Assembly (NCBI GenBank): GCA_010405405.1
Contig: MU004232.1
Location: forward strand, 69,540-133,539
From: Microthyrium microscopicum
Lineage: Eukaryota
Reading direction: 5' to 3'
DNA length: 64,000 bases
Positions 1-13,383 of the stretch are shown here, piece after piece. The position numbers and the translations under genes were made by a program. The notes below the pieces were generated by a model. The model worked only from the letters and a program-made list of their open reading frames with translations, ran no database searches and had not been told where the DNA came from. Numbering within the stretch: position 1 is the first letter of the stretch; each line of letters starts with the position of its first letter.

Positions 1-662
1 TCATCCTCCTTTCATACTCCCCAAACTAGCTTCCCTTAACGCAGCGACTCCCGAATGGCTCGCGGGTCCAACCCTCTTCAATTCTCTTGCGCCTTCAGCA
101 ACACCATCAACAAGTTCCCCGGCTTCATGTCGTCTAACTTTCTCTTTCGCAATCTTCAGCTCCTCTTTGATCTTCTGTACTTTATCCCCCGTCGCCACAC
201 TAAGGAGTCGTTTCAACATAGCTACCCTCTTCTCCGGAAATGATTGTATGCGCGTTGGGTTAACGAAAAAGCGTTGTTGGTCAAGATATCGACCGAACAT
301 GAGATATTCGTTGGTTCCGCTCTTGATTAGCCATGCGCGTCGTTGGGAGTCGTACTCGCGTTTATTGCGTTCGAACTCGGTGCGGGCGTGGCGGTATGTG
401 TCGTCGCGGACGGAAGAGGGTGGTGCTCCTGATTATATATATTAGCATGCAAAGGAACGGTACAGAATAGTCGTGTATGGAAGGGTTTCGCATGACGGGT
501 AGTGGGTGGCGTACTGTAGATGGTTCGTATGATTTTACGGTACAGGGAGAGGGCGTTGGCGCGGAGCTCTTCTTGTGTGTATTCGCCGTTGCCTTGAAGC
601 CGTCGGAGGACTTGGAAGGCTGAAACCTTTTTGCCCATGTGGGCGGGAAGTTTTGTTGCCAT
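1..662 (-). CDS. LYR-motif mitochondrial protein (Complex1_LYR / LYRM2-like), 2 exons
   Basis: ATG at 662. Exon 1 has ALSLYRKIIR (LYR motif). Intron 514..429 (GTACGC...GCTAAT...CAG). Exon 2 has RHARTEFERNK (conserved F) and ends at TGA 3..1. Confidence 0.8.
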
Positions 663-948
663 GTTGGCGGATTGATTGCTGTTGCTGTTGCTGTGCAGTG
701 AAGCATGAATTTCCAATGTCGATGATCCGAAAAGTTGTATGATTGCGGACATAGTCGGACATAAGGACGTTCAGAATCGATCCCTGCAAGTTTGGACATT
801 TAGGGCTAGGGTTTTAGTGCGATTTTCTCGCGTCTGCCGTCTGCTAACAGCCAACATCTAAAAGCCAGACAGCTTCCAAGCTGTAACGAACAACCACTAA
901 ACTCCCTCTTCTACCCGTACATACTCACACCACAAGTCAAACCTTCCA

Positions 949-1866
949 ATGCCTACAGAAACTCGCGCCGCCAAGCGCAGCAAGACCTCCAATGCTCCAG
1001 CCCAAGCGTCTGTTGGTCCTGGCGATCTTCAAACGCGTCTTCGAGAGCTCAATACATTGTCAACAACCGAGTTTCAACAAGAGCATATCCCTAAACATCT
1101 CTTGACCTACAACTCCACCAAACTCCCAAGCGGCTCCATCACTCTTGAATACTGCTCCGCCTCCGAACTAAGCAAACAAGACCTGGACAAATGCTTCCAA
1201 TTACTAGTCCAAACCAGCCGCGAAGACTATGAAGATAGCTCGCGCGGATGGCATCCAGAGCACAAGCGCGCCGAGATGCTAGACATGAACATGCGCTACT
1301 TGATCGTCCGATCTTCCCCTTCCAAGCAACAACAACAACAACAACAACAGACTCCTATGACTGCTTCAACGCCGATTGCTGCCTCACGCGTCTCGCAAGT
1401 CGATGGCTCACACACAACTACCTCAACACCAGCCTCGACATCCTCCCGCACATCCACAGACACCATAACCACCACTAATCCCGCCCTAGACACCTTCGGC
1501 TTCCTCTCATTCCAACTAGACGATGACTGGACGCTGTCTGGCTACCGGGTGCCTATACTCTATCTCTACGAGATCCACCTTGGCCGCAGTCTGCGTGGAA
1601 CAGGTCTTGGAAAATACTTGATGAACCTCGCAAGGCACATCGCCGCCGCCACCAGCATGGCCAAAGTCGAACTCAGCGTCTTTCGATCCAACATGCACGC
1701 CGAGGACTTCTACCGTGGCCTAGGATATGTGACGGACGAGACGAGTCCACGAATGGTGAAGAAGGGCCGGAAGAGAATGAAGCCGGATTGGTTGGTTCTT
1801 AGCTTGCCCATCAAAACCGAGCCGAGCAGTGAAGAATCTGATGACGAAGGCCCTGGTCCAGCTTGA
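949..1866 (+). CDS. NAT4: N-alpha-acetyltransferase 40 / NatD (histone H4/H2A N-terminal GNAT)
   Basis: Motifs YEDSSRGW..KRAEM...MRYL, LYLYEIHL...RGTGLGKYLM, LSVFRSN..A..FY..LGY..DETSP. A polyQ/Ser-Thr insertion sits inside the domain. Confidence 0.85.
   Translation: MPTETRAAKRSKTSNAPAQASVGPGDLQTRLRELNTLSTTEFQQEHIPKHLLTYNSTKLPSGSITLEYCSASELSKQDLDKCFQLLVQTSREDYEDSSRGWHPEHKRAEMLDMNMRYLIVRSSPSKQQQQQQQQTPMTASTPIAASRVSQVDGSHTTTSTPASTSSRTSTDTITTTNPALDTFGFLSFQLDDDWTLSGYRVPILYLYEIHLGRSLRGTGLGKYLMNLARHIAAATSMAKVELSVFRSNMHAEDFYRGLGYVTDETSPRMVKKGRKRMKPDWLVLSLPIKTEPSSEESDDEGPGPA
1327..1350 (+). repeat. (CAA)n microsatellite encoding polyQ in NAT4
   Basis: caacaacaacaacaacaacaacag, part of a 9-Gln run. 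Confidence 0.9.
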
Positions 1867-1980
1867 ATTTGTTGGACTTTCGGCCAGCTTGAATGTGTTG
1901 GATATTATTCTGTTCGTTCTTCTACGCATTATACCCCATAGTTTCGCCATACATAGGCCAAATTCAATTATTCGTTGGTG

Positions 1981-3391
1981 TTATATCTGTCTCGCTTCCT
2001 TCCCTTTCATCTCTGGTCGTTCGGCTTCCCACTCGTCCCGTAAAACAGCATACAGCAAGTCCGCAACCACTATAATCAGTCCCAAACTCCATACCAGTGT
2101 AATCGCATAGAAGAAATTTGCGTTTCCAGAGCCTGCGTAAATCCAGAGATGATAGAACGCCGGTCCTAGTAACGTCGCATACATCAACACAGCCGTTTCC
2201 AAAAATGGGTATCGCAACACTATTCATCATTAGCATCTGTCTTTTACCAATTGCAACCCGCAAACTCACAGGGAAACACATGTCTAAACAACGGCACCAT
2301 GCCCAAGAATAAAGACGTATCCGCAATACTGGGATATGGCTGGAAAACACCAATAACCCCAAGTAATGCAGTCACTACAAACAGCGGTTGTTTTCGTATA
2401 CGAAATGTCAATCCCCCTACGTAAGATGCCATGTGTAGCCAAAACACCCCGAGGAAAAATTCGCGGAAACTGTCGAACATTTCGATGAAGAAGTACCACC
2501 AGAGGCCAACGTTTGGTGTTAGATCAGGGAGGAGCAGGGGCGTTCCGTATGTTGAGAACAGGAATTGAGTGGAGCCTGTGAGAAGGACGGAGGCGTATAG
2601 GAGGGAAGCTATTACTGTGACCAGACCGAAGAAGTGGGTGACTGTGAATGAGATGGCGGACGGCGGTTTCGTTCTCGAGAATTGCTGGTCGTAGCATAGA
2701 CAGGCTAGCGGGGGGAAAAGTAAGATTGGGTAGAGTGACATGTAGGATGCTAGACCAAGCGCGAGGAGGAATGAGAGGGATTGACCGCGTGAGGCATGGG
2801 CTGTGGCCCAGAGGATAAGGGTGTTTGTGATTATAGACGTTGGGCGCGCGAGGCAGGTTGCGATCGTGAGGGGATTGAATAGGAAGCTATGTGTGTCAGT
2901 CTTTCACGGTTTCCGGCGCATTTGGATCGAGTATGTACCTTGCGACAATAGCCGTGGTGTTGTAGTTCAAGTATTTCCGAGGTGAGGTAAACAGACGAGA
3001 GGACATAGCGACACCAGTTTGCCCAATCTTAAGCAATGCATATGCGCTCAGAAGATCCATTATAATGTACAATGTATTGGTTGGCAGGGGAAAGGAGCTT
3101 GGCTCAGGCAATAATGAAAAGAGTGGTAGGAGTAACGGAGCTTGGTGGAAAACGCCGCCATCGTAAGGAGAGACATTATGCGAGTAAAGGAATAGACCCT
3201 CTTGCACTGGAGGAGAGTTAGCTAGCGTGTAATATGGGCTAGGAAGGTATCATACGTCGTTTAAAGCTTGTAACGGGAGTTGATATCTCAACGCGACCAG
3301 TGAGAGTGTCTGGAAGGGAGGGAAAGGCAGTGAAGAGTAGCAACCGCACAGCGGCGGCGGCGGCAAACAGCAGCCATTTTTGTTGATCCAT
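1981..3391 (-). CDS. GAB1: GPI transamidase subunit PIG-U (Gab1/Cdc91), 4 exons
   Basis: RVEISTPVTSFKR|LQEGLFLY...SPYDGGVFHQAPLLL, FLFNP, LLPDLTPNVGLWWYFFIEMFDSFREFF, GSGNANFFYAITLVW. Canonical introns near 3207-3255, 2887-2937 and 2222-2268. Confidence 0.92.
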
Positions 3392-4059
3392 CAACAAGCT
3401 TCATGCAGGTTGCAATGCCATGGGCGCATTGGATACGACTTGAAATTTCAAGATATCAAGCTATCAAGATGGAGACTTGGTGTTGATGTTGTTGAATGTC
3501 TGAACAGATTGATCCTTGTTTAGTCATGAGAAACGTGGCACTTGAAACTCCTGGAAAGTGGCGCATGCCCATACTCCCCAGTGGCGCAACTTCGGAAAAT
3601 TGCAGGTGGAAGGTACAATTAAAGTCAGAGCTGGGTTTATAAGACTATGATTTATACCCAACAGTTCCCAAATTTGGCAAGAATCTTGAATTGTCAAAGC
3701 TGCTTGGAGTAGCAGTTCGTTGAGAAAGTTATTCAAGTCTGCGACTCTGGATGTGTCAGTGCTACGGATGACTTCAGGTAACTTATCATGAACTACGTTC
3801 ACTTGCGACCTTCCGGTGAGGGTGGAAGTGAAATAAATGAGAACTCTGCTTTGACTCGCCAAAGACTTGACTCAAAAATTGATTGTGGTATGAACCACCT
3901 ACTTCCCAATTGGCGTTGATGCGGAAGTTGACCCTTTAACTTTGGCAAGGTACGAACAAGAAAGACCTTGCTGGAATTGGGTGTAATGATAGTAAATGGT
4001 TGACATTAGATATCCAATGCTCTGATCAGATACTATATTAAATTCTAAAACTCTTATGT

Positions 4060-5806
4060 TTATGCTTTGGGTATCCCCGCAATCTCCTTTTCGTCTTCCT
4101 TCTCGTCATCCTTCTCATCAACAGGACTTTGCAGCATTTCTTCCTTCCCCTTTGCGTCGCGCGCCGCTTGCTTCATTTCTTTGCGCTTCGCCTTCTCCGT
4201 ATCTTTGACTTCATCAGCCGCCACCTTCTCCATTTCCTTTGCCGCTGCCTCTCTCCGCCATCTAGGTCCCTTCTTGACCAGAATTAGCAGAATCGGTGTA
4301 AACGAAATCCAGATTCCAGCAGCCAATGTCACTGTTGGTCCGAATTTTATAGCATTGATAAGTGGGATTACAGCAGCCGCTGCTCCAGCGCCCATCCAGC
4401 ATCGCACCAAGTTATTGGCCGCCGTAGCGGTTGCTGGTTTTCCGGGGTACAAATCTACCAGTAGAATGTTCATGCAGTTGAAACCAGCAGTCAGTGAGTA
4501 GCCTGCTAGAAATAGGAAGACGCATGGTGCGGCAATGGAGACTCGCTCCGCAACGACCCAGCCATAGCAGAGCATTCCTATGGCCCCAATGGATACGGCT
4601 GGGATGTAGACTTCAAGACGCACTTTCTCGATGGGGAAGTTTGAGAGGTCGGTTTGTTTGTTTTTGATGACCTCTATGCCCTCTCTTTTGGCATGGCGCC
4701 GAAAGTTCCAGTCCATGAAACGGCCAGTGGTAAAGGCTGAGATCAGCGAGCCAACTCCAAATGGCAAATACAGCAGTGAGATTTGGAAATCGTCCAAATG
4801 GTATCCAGCACGGAACTCAGTCGGGATGGACGAGGTGATTGCGTAGTAACAGCTGAACAACACTCCGGCAGCAAATAAAGCAATGCAGGCTGTTTTACTG
4901 AAAATAATTCGCAGTGTCAACATTGGGTTTGGGAAAGTGATATGTCGTGTGGCAGCGAGACGATCACGCTCCTCAAATAAATCCTGACGACCTTCCTTCT
5001 TGAGTTTCTTCTCATGTAGCCAAGTCATCAGTGTATGATTCAACGGAGGTGGTGGAATGGATCCATTTCCCACGATTTTGCGACATGTTTCCGGGAAGAA
5101 TAGGAAGATTGGCGTGAATAGCACACAGCCAAAAATTGTGAGGAACCAGAATATCCAGCGCCAACCGGCATATTGCGACAAAATTCCTCCTATGAATGGA
5201 CCTAAGGAAGGGCCAAGAATTGATCCGACTGAGGCATAGGCAATGTAAGTTCCACGTTCTGCAGAAGGAACGATATCAGCTACAATCGCGTTTGCAATGG
5301 CGATAAGTCCACTGGATCCAGAACTTTGTAAACAACGTAAGACTAGTAAGGCTGTATAATTATCTTGCAAGGCAATTCCAATATTGGCTGCAACCCAAAG
5401 AACGATGCAGATAAGGTAGGCTGGACGTCTGCCAGCAGAATCCGAAAAGGCACCCACAAAAGTTGGTGCCAAACCTTGGAATATCTGCCCAACATTAGTC
5501 CAAAGTTTCTAATGTGGATATAGGAGAGGTACACACTAAGTAAGTTGTGAGAGTAAGATTAATCAATGTATTGGATACATGCAAATCAGCGGCAACCGAA
5601 TTCAATGCCGGAAGATAAATGGCACCGGTCATTGGCGAAATGAAACCAGCAGTCGAGGCCGTAAGCACAATAGCAATCTTCTGCTTATGAGTGTATATTG
5701 AAAACGGAACATCATTGGTGGGTTCTCTCGTAATCTCGACTGTAGCATCCGCTCTCTCAACATCAGGCTCGATCTGAGGCTCGACTTTTTCCTTTGTAGA
5801 CGCCAT
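4060..5806 (-). CDS. MFS transporter, DHA1 (QDR-like drug:H+ antiporter), 2 exons
   Basis: IYLPAL, SDSAGRRP (motif A), ERG, GWRWIFWFL and about 12 hydrophobic segments. One intron at ~5487-5537. Confidence 0.9.
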
Positions 5807-6496
5807 GCTTGAAAACACAAAAACTTGAATTAGAGATCGAAGAACACTAACTAACCAAACGCCTTTAACTAAGAAGGATAGACATGACGGGAATACAATG
5901 GACATAACTCTACATAGTCTCTGATGCGATCAAAGGACCGCTATCGTCATGCGTTGTGGGCCATCATTTCAGCCTCGTTGAGAAGCCGTTACCGGTCCGA
6001 TGTACCAATCACTCACATTTGTTTGCAAAAGCAATCGCTCGAACCATTACTGCGTGGCCTTGACCGCTCCTTTTCCTTTTCAACAGTACCCCAGATCTTC
6101 AAGCCGCCACAATCAGCACAGCAGTTCCCTTCTGATCGGACCTGCATGCTCAAAGAGTCCCGTTTGCCGTCTGATCCGTTCTCGCCGTATCAAAAGCTAG
6201 CCAAATATGTCGCCATTATCATATCTTACCCAAAATGAGCCCTTGACAACTTGATTATTCTCATGTACCCCGATTTGATTGGCAGTAATTGTCCCAATTC
6301 TCTCTCCCCTGGCCGCCTATTTTTCACCAAAATGTGACCGGTAGTGTGCGATCCCAAAAAAACACTGATGTGATTAAATGCATGCTTAAACCACTGACGC
6401 CGGCTTTTACCAACATATGCAGAAATGTATAATGCTAAACCGTATTCCCGAATAATTATGCCTCCCCTAAACCCTGTCGTCCCCACAAATGCATTT

Positions 6497-8841
6497 TTAT
6501 ATCGCAAAACCATTGACGTCGGTAGGTGAATACCAATCCGTCCCATACGGCCCTGCAATTGGTGGATAAAAGAAACTATTGCTGTTCGTCCATCCCAGCT
6601 CTGCTAGGAGATGCTCGTCCAGAAAACTGGACATGTCTTGTGCACTTGTTGTTCCTTGGCCTGGGGGCCCGACTTCTGTGAATTCTGGTGTGGCGCCTGA
6701 TATTGCTAGGCCTGTTGTAGTGGTGGGATCTATGCTATGTCAGTATTGAGTGATTTAGGTAGATCTAAATGGGAGGTCTTACCGCGTGTTTCATCATTTG
6801 GCTGGTCCTCAGAGAGCGTGTAGGCTCCTTGTTGACCGCCAAATTCTTCTCTCCACCACCAGATTGCGTCAAAGACGGCGCTCATTGCTAGTCGTGTCCG
6901 AATACGGAGAGCCATGTGTTCTGTGCCATCTGGATTCTTGAAACACCTTTCACTATTCCAAAGTTGAGTCATGATTTGTGCTACCCGCGTAGGCCCATCG
7001 TTATTTTCTGAGCTCAAGCGCTTCATGATATTGACGCCCAGGAAGAAAGACTCTTTGGCATTCTCATCCATGTATTGTGCAATGTGAGATTTGAGAAGCC
7101 GAAGAATTGTAAAGGCGGAGAGAGAGGTGGCGTAGAAGTAGTAAAAAGGGGCAGCGGTGAATTTTAGAGAGCCGGAGGCGTCACAACGATCCATGTGGCG
7201 AAGGACGGTGCAGGCTGATGTATACATGCGGGTGAGCATGAAGGTTGGAATTTTTTTAGATGGGTCTTTGTAGAAGTGGAAGGCTTGGATGGTTAAGCGG
7301 GCGACATATAGATAGAACTTGTCGAGATCTGAACTGTTGTTAGCTGATGTTATGAAAGACATATATGTTCCATTGCTTACCTGTTTGGGCTGCTGGCTCA
7401 ATATCTTTCAAAGTTGCCTCGAATACCCGAATTAGAACATCAAGAGCATGCTCTTGGTCTTTAGTCATGATTCGCAGACCATTCTGCAACAAAGCTGAGG
7501 AGCATCTTGTGGCTACTCCGTTTAGTCTCAATTGAAATCTTAAAGATGGACTAATGCGTTGGAAAAGAGCATGCCGTTGCTCAGAATCCTGATACGTCTC
7601 CATCAATGCCAGAGGAGAATGGCCTTTGAAACTACACGACCTTTGATATGTGACAATTACATATCCCCATAACTCGGCTCTTCGAACGATTTGTGTTTCC
7701 GTCAAATCGACCTTTACTCTAGAGAAATCTTGGCTTGAGGTTGGAATGTGGAGCCCAATTTGCATGGCCATATGGATAACGGAACCGGCGATTGCATATG
7801 TAGTGTCATGGCTGGCAGCGGATTTCGGTAGAGGCCAGGTCAGAATCAGTAGTAGGCCTTTGATATTGGCGATGGATGCCTTTTGGAGAGATAGAAGCGC
7901 TAGATTGAGAACTTTTTCACCGAGGGAATCAAGAAGGGTGGGATCCTTGGCATAGCTTTTGCAAGCAATTCCTGTAACAGCCCAGAAAAGCAGAGGAGAT
8001 CGTTCATAGAAAGTGTTTGGATCTTTTGAAGCGTCCAAAATAGGAAGAAAGCGATGAAAGTCGCGGAAGAACCTACAAGAGGCGTCAGTGACGCCTTTGA
8101 AAAATACAGGGAGAGCTTACACGAGAAAGAGTTCATCGATCACTGCAGCAGGAAGAGTGACGCCTTCTATTGAGCGTGACAATGTGCCTGCAGGACTGAT
8201 TGGGGATTTGATATCTATTATCTCTTCGGCTGGAGGAGATATCACCACACTCATTGGGGCGGGCGGACTAGCAGATGTTCCGTTCATCACTGGAGAAATT
8301 CCAGCAATACTCGACTCTATTGAAAGAGTTGGAGTAGGAATGGACGAGCTCCAGGCAGTTTGTGTTTCCAATTTTCTTTTTAATTCATATGTTTCTCTTT
8401 CCAATTCGCTCAGTCGTCTAATATCAAAGTTAGCTCAGTCAAAATTGAAGTCAGGATGATCGCGTACTGTCTTTTGTGCTCCCGTTTGAATGGGTCTGAT
8501 ATGAGACAACTGAGACCCATTCGGCGGCATCGTGAACATGGATCCTTTGAATCGACGCTGGCGTTACAACGAACCTACAATAAAGTGTCAGTGGGGTACT
8601 ATGGGTAGTACGGCACGAGCCGAGGTTATATTAAAGAATAGATGATAGGAGTATGATGAGTGGCAGAGCGAAATGAACATACTTTTTGTTGTCTACATTC
8701 GGTACACGCCTTTTTATTTCGCTTGATGCCACTACTGGATCAGGGTGAGCCCCTGGTCAAAACAATATAAGAAGTTACCATAGCTTACTGTTCTTGGAGA
8801 CGATCGCTGGAATAGAGACTGCTCAGACTACGTTTAGACAT
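6497..8841 (-). CDS. Zn(II)2Cys6 fungal transcription factor (Leu3/Sef1-like cluster spacing) with fungal TF middle domain, multi-exon
   Basis: Spliced KKACTECRQQK|VRCNASVDSKDPCSRCRRMGLSC followed by a coiled coil, then FHRFLPIL, SPLLFW and AMQIGLH motifs. Acidic/aromatic C-terminus ends at TAA 6499-6497. Confidence 0.88.
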
Positions 8842-10403
8842 GTTGATCGACGGGAATTGAAAGTCAATTGAGTGGTGAGAGAGGTGCTGAAAGCTTGCTG
8901 TAGGTTCAACGACGAGAGAGAGTTGAAGTTAGGTAGGAGGAGTCATAGAAGTTTGAAGGTTGAGGAGGCACATTGAATCGATTTGTAAGATATGGCAGAT
9001 GTATCTCCAGAGAGTTTTGACGCCACCAGACCAGACAAACCAGACAAGCAGAGCTGCAAGTGGATGGCAGCTAGAGCTAGGATATACGCTGTAAGGTGAG
9101 GTCGCCCGTTGGCTGCAAACGCCCGATAGCAATCCAATGAGATGTTTTTGCAGACCAGTGTGGGATTTAGGCAAAATAACGTCTGTGAGCCAGCGTAAAT
9201 GCACCAGATGCGTAAGGTTCTTCAAGGGTCCGGGACAAGCTGGGTTAAACTAGGACATGGCATGTATAACCAGGTATCTTTTGACAGATGGAGATGGGAA
9301 CGGTTGCTCAGCCTTGAAAAGGTCACAGATCAATGACGGGGGCATAGTGGCAACATTGAGCAATTGGCAAGTGATCAAATGCAAAGGCAACAGATGGCAG
9401 GGAGACTTTACCTAGAATAAGGCCAGGATGGATCAAGGCAAGGCTGATCCCGTTGACCGACTCTTGCTTCATCTTTCGCTCGCAACATGTTCCTTGTGAG
9501 GCCGATAGGAACAGCCAGTCGTGGAATCGTCGCCGGGGCCCAATTTCGATTATCGCCCAATGCAGCGGCACGAACTCCACTCCAGAGTCCAGAGACTCTT
9601 CTGAGCGTTGGAGATGATCACATTGGCCATTGAGATGCCCCTCAATCGCGCCCCGCGGCCATATCCACGTGATATTGTTGTGCGATACATCAATGTATGT
9701 ATATCCTAATGCACATGGATGCAGGCGAGGTTGGAGTATTATGGCAGTCAACCAATCACAGCAATGTTTCGACAAGTCAATCGCCTTGGCGCATCAACAC
9801 CATCACCCCAGTATCACGCCTTCCCCTTTGAGGAACTTGCATCCTGCAAACAGGCAGACGCCACTCTCCCAACTCCCAACTCCCAACCACACTCCTCTAG
9901 AGTCTACCTAGGACCTTACTCACCACTAACACTTTTCGGATCGGTCGGCTTCCCAAACCTCGTAAATTTCTCTCAACCTCTTTAAAATGTTCTGCAGTGC
10001 GCGGTAAAATTCTTTTTGCCTGCCGTTGAGCCTGCCGGCCTGCATGCCGTAAGTCCTGAAGGAGCTAATTGAGAAAGGCCATCAATCAGCTTCAAGCCTT
10101 CTCCACTTCTGATTGATCCACATCCCATGCATATTCAAGCACTTGATAGTCGAGTTGAGCATTGAGGCCTGCTTGGAGCCTGCCAGCCTGCCAGCCTCAC
10201 AATCCACCTCTATCAAATTGATCAAGCGGCTCCCAAGTTGTTTTCGTCGTATCTGCCAGCTTGAGCGCTTGTCACGCCTATCCAGCAAAAAGTCGTGACA
10301 GTTCCAACCCCACGAACCAGGACAGCTTTTGCCAAATATCTCGCATCCCCTAGTCACAGCACGTCACCATACACCTTTTAGTCTCGCCCTTCGGTCTTCT
10401 ACC

Positions 10404-12987
10404 ATGTCGGACTCTGAGATCGCGGGGCATCATGTCGCCCAAAGAGGAGTCAAGAGGAAAGTCGACGGCTCTCCAGCATTAGAGACACTATCTGCTGGCA
10501 CTGCAGGACCCACATTAGACTCTGATGTCAACGCACCTCGGCGCATCCAAGCTCTCTCGCAGGATGTCGTCAACAAAATAGCGGCCGGGGAGATTATCGT
10601 GGCTCCCGCCCACGCGCTCAAAGAATTGCTCGAAAATGCAGTTGATGCTGGTGCGACGCAGCTTGAAATCGTGGTCAAGGATGGCGGCTTGAAGTTGCTT
10701 CAAATTACAGACAATGGCTGCGGTATCCACGTGAGTTTATCCCTATACATTGTCTTGACTCCAATTGCACACTATTATTTAGTGCAGTGATTTTCCTTTG
10801 TCTATCAAATAATTTTGGGTCTAGTAGTTGGCTTTGTGGCCGATCTACTTCAGGGTCACTGACAAGACATTGCATTTTAGAAAGAGGACCTGCCACTTCT
10901 TTGCGAAAGATTCACTACCTCCAAACTCAAAAAGTTTGAAGACTTGACTGAAATCGGTACCTATGGATTTCGAGGCGAGGCTCTTGCCAGCATATCCCAT
11001 ATTGCACATCTTGCAGTCACCACCAGAACACATGACTCCAGTTGTGCATGGAAATCTCACTATTCCGATGGAAAGCTGGTCGCTCCCAAGCCCAATCAGT
11101 CGGCCGATCCCAAGGCAACGGCAGGTCGACAGGGTACTCAGATAACTGTAAGCATTTTATCCCTACTACTCTCGCCCAAGGCCTATAGCTAAGCAAATCA
11201 CCCAGGTTGAAGATCTGTTCTACAACGTGCCCACTAGACGAAGGGCGTTTCGCTCCACCAGTGAAGAATATACAAAAATCCTCGACCTCGTGAGCCGATA
11301 TTCCATCCATTGTGATGGGGTATCCTTTTCATGCAAGAAGCATGGGGAGTCCGGGATGGCCCTCTCCGTGCCAGCCAATGCGTCCACGATGGACCGAATC
11401 CGTCAAATTCATGGCAGCGCAGTTTCCAATGAGCTTCTCGAGTTTACATGCACAAGCGAGCGCTGGGGCTTTACATCCAAAGGATGGATTAGTAATGCCA
11501 ACTATAGCGTCAAGAAGACTTCCTTCATTCTCTTCATCAACCACAGATCTGTTGAATCTGCTAACATCAAAAAAGCACTTGAGCAAACTTATGCCACATT
11601 TCTACCCAAAGGTGGACATCCGTTCATCTATCTTGCCTTGGATATTGAACCGCATCGTCTTGATGTCAACGTCCACCCCACCAAACGTGAAGTTCACTTT
11701 CTTCATGAAGACGAAATCATTGAGAGCATATGCGATGAAGCTAGGACTGCCCTTGGTAACGTGGACACTAGCCGTACGTTTATGACCCAGACCCTGCTTC
11801 CTAATGCCCGTCTTATTCCCACCACCTCGATTGGCAAATCGGGAGGAACTCCGGCAACGCCCGCCCACAAATCAGTAGGCAATTCTGCTACCCCAGGTTC
11901 TACCAGTTACAATGTGCGAAACTCTGCTACAGCCAGTAGTAGCAAGAAGTTTAGTCGTCCGTACGACAATGATCTTGTTCGAACTGATGCTCGAGAGCGA
12001 AAGATAACTTCCATGCTGACCCCCAGTGTTGGGACTTCCGACTTACCTCGTGCCATGCCAGGACTTTCCGTCAATAGCATTTCCATGCGTGATGACATGG
12101 AATACGAGATTGTTGACAAAGAGGCAACGATCTGCAGACTGAAGTCTATCAAAGAACTGCGTGCTGAAGTTCGTGACTTGATGCACATTGGAGCCACTGA
12201 TATTTTTGCTGGACATACCTTTGTTGGCATTGTAGATCCTCGACGACGAATTGTGGCAATTCAATTCGGAGTAAAACTCTACCTGGTTGACCATGGAATG
12301 GTCTGCAATGAGTATTTCTACCAACTGGGCTTGACAGATTTCGGCAATTTTGGCACCATCAAGTTTGATCCACCTCTAGATCTCACTGAACTCCTCAATA
12401 TTGGAGTCGAGCAAGAACGCAGCCTGCTGGACCTTGAAGAGGCCGAGGCAAATGACTGGGATGAAATCGTTGAAATGGTAAAAGCAAGACTTGTCGAACG
12501 ACGAGATATGCTGGCTGAATGCTTCTCAATGCTTATCAGTGAAGAGGGCAAACTTGAAGGCATTCCCTTGCTCATGAATGGCTATATGCCACCTCTTGTC
12601 AAGTTGCCCAACTTCCTACTTCGCCTGGGTCCGTTCGTTGTCTGGGACGAAGAGAAACCATGTTTTCATTCGTTCATCCGTGAGCTAGCTAGCTTCTACG
12701 TACCAGAATGTCTCCCGCTGGCATCAGTCCCACGCAACCAGGGACCTCCTCCACCGGCCAAAGGAGATACAGATGCCGATGGTGATTTAACCATGGGGAG
12801 CACAGGGGTAGATGCAGCAGACGAGAACCCAGAACAGTCGAAGCGACGTGCTCATGTCTATCGTGCTTTGGAACATATCATGTTTCCAGCCCTCAAAGTT
12901 CGCTTTGTAGCGACAAAAGCCATGCTGAAGGGCGTTGTTGAGGTCGCGGATTTGAAAGGACTGTATCGTGTATTTGAACGCTGCTAA
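10404..12987 (+). CDS. MLH1: DNA mismatch repair protein MutL homolog 1, 3 exons
   Basis: [55 protein letters not shown] and the diagnostic C-terminal LYRVFERC. Introns 10731-10880 and ~11148-11205. Confidence 0.97.
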
Positions 12988-13383
12988 TTTTGTGCGAGGA
13001 TCGTTTTACTAGCTTTATACCCCAGCATCGCTTCAATTGCATTATCTCATTTGATTGTACAATACTATGTAAAATTCAATCTCTTGTCCAGTCAATATTC
13101 AAGTTGTGTTTGAGGGAAGTTCTATCTCAAGAATTATCAGATGTCATTTTCAGGGGGAAGTCGGGTAAACGTCGGAAGACTGAAAAAGCCAGATGCCAAT
13201 GGAAGCTGCCACCTGGATGGTGCAGGAACCAATCATTCAACGTCTTGGTTCCTTACAGCTCTAATAAGCTCAACACCAAAAGTCACAACGCGACACGTCT
13301 TTACAACAACCAGAAACCTCTTCACTTTGCAATTGACTATCGCATGACGCCTTCGCTGTCGCAACAACGCTTTCAAGATGACG

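Noticed and set aside
8929..10357. Several 60-150 aa ORFs between the TF and MLH1
   Set aside because: Overlap on both strands, with no motifs or codon bias. Likely divergent promoter DNA.
10731..10880. 150-nt MLH1 intron as a stwintron or snoRNA host
   Set aside because: No split-donor configuration and no recognisable C/D or H/ACA boxes, only a short hairpin.
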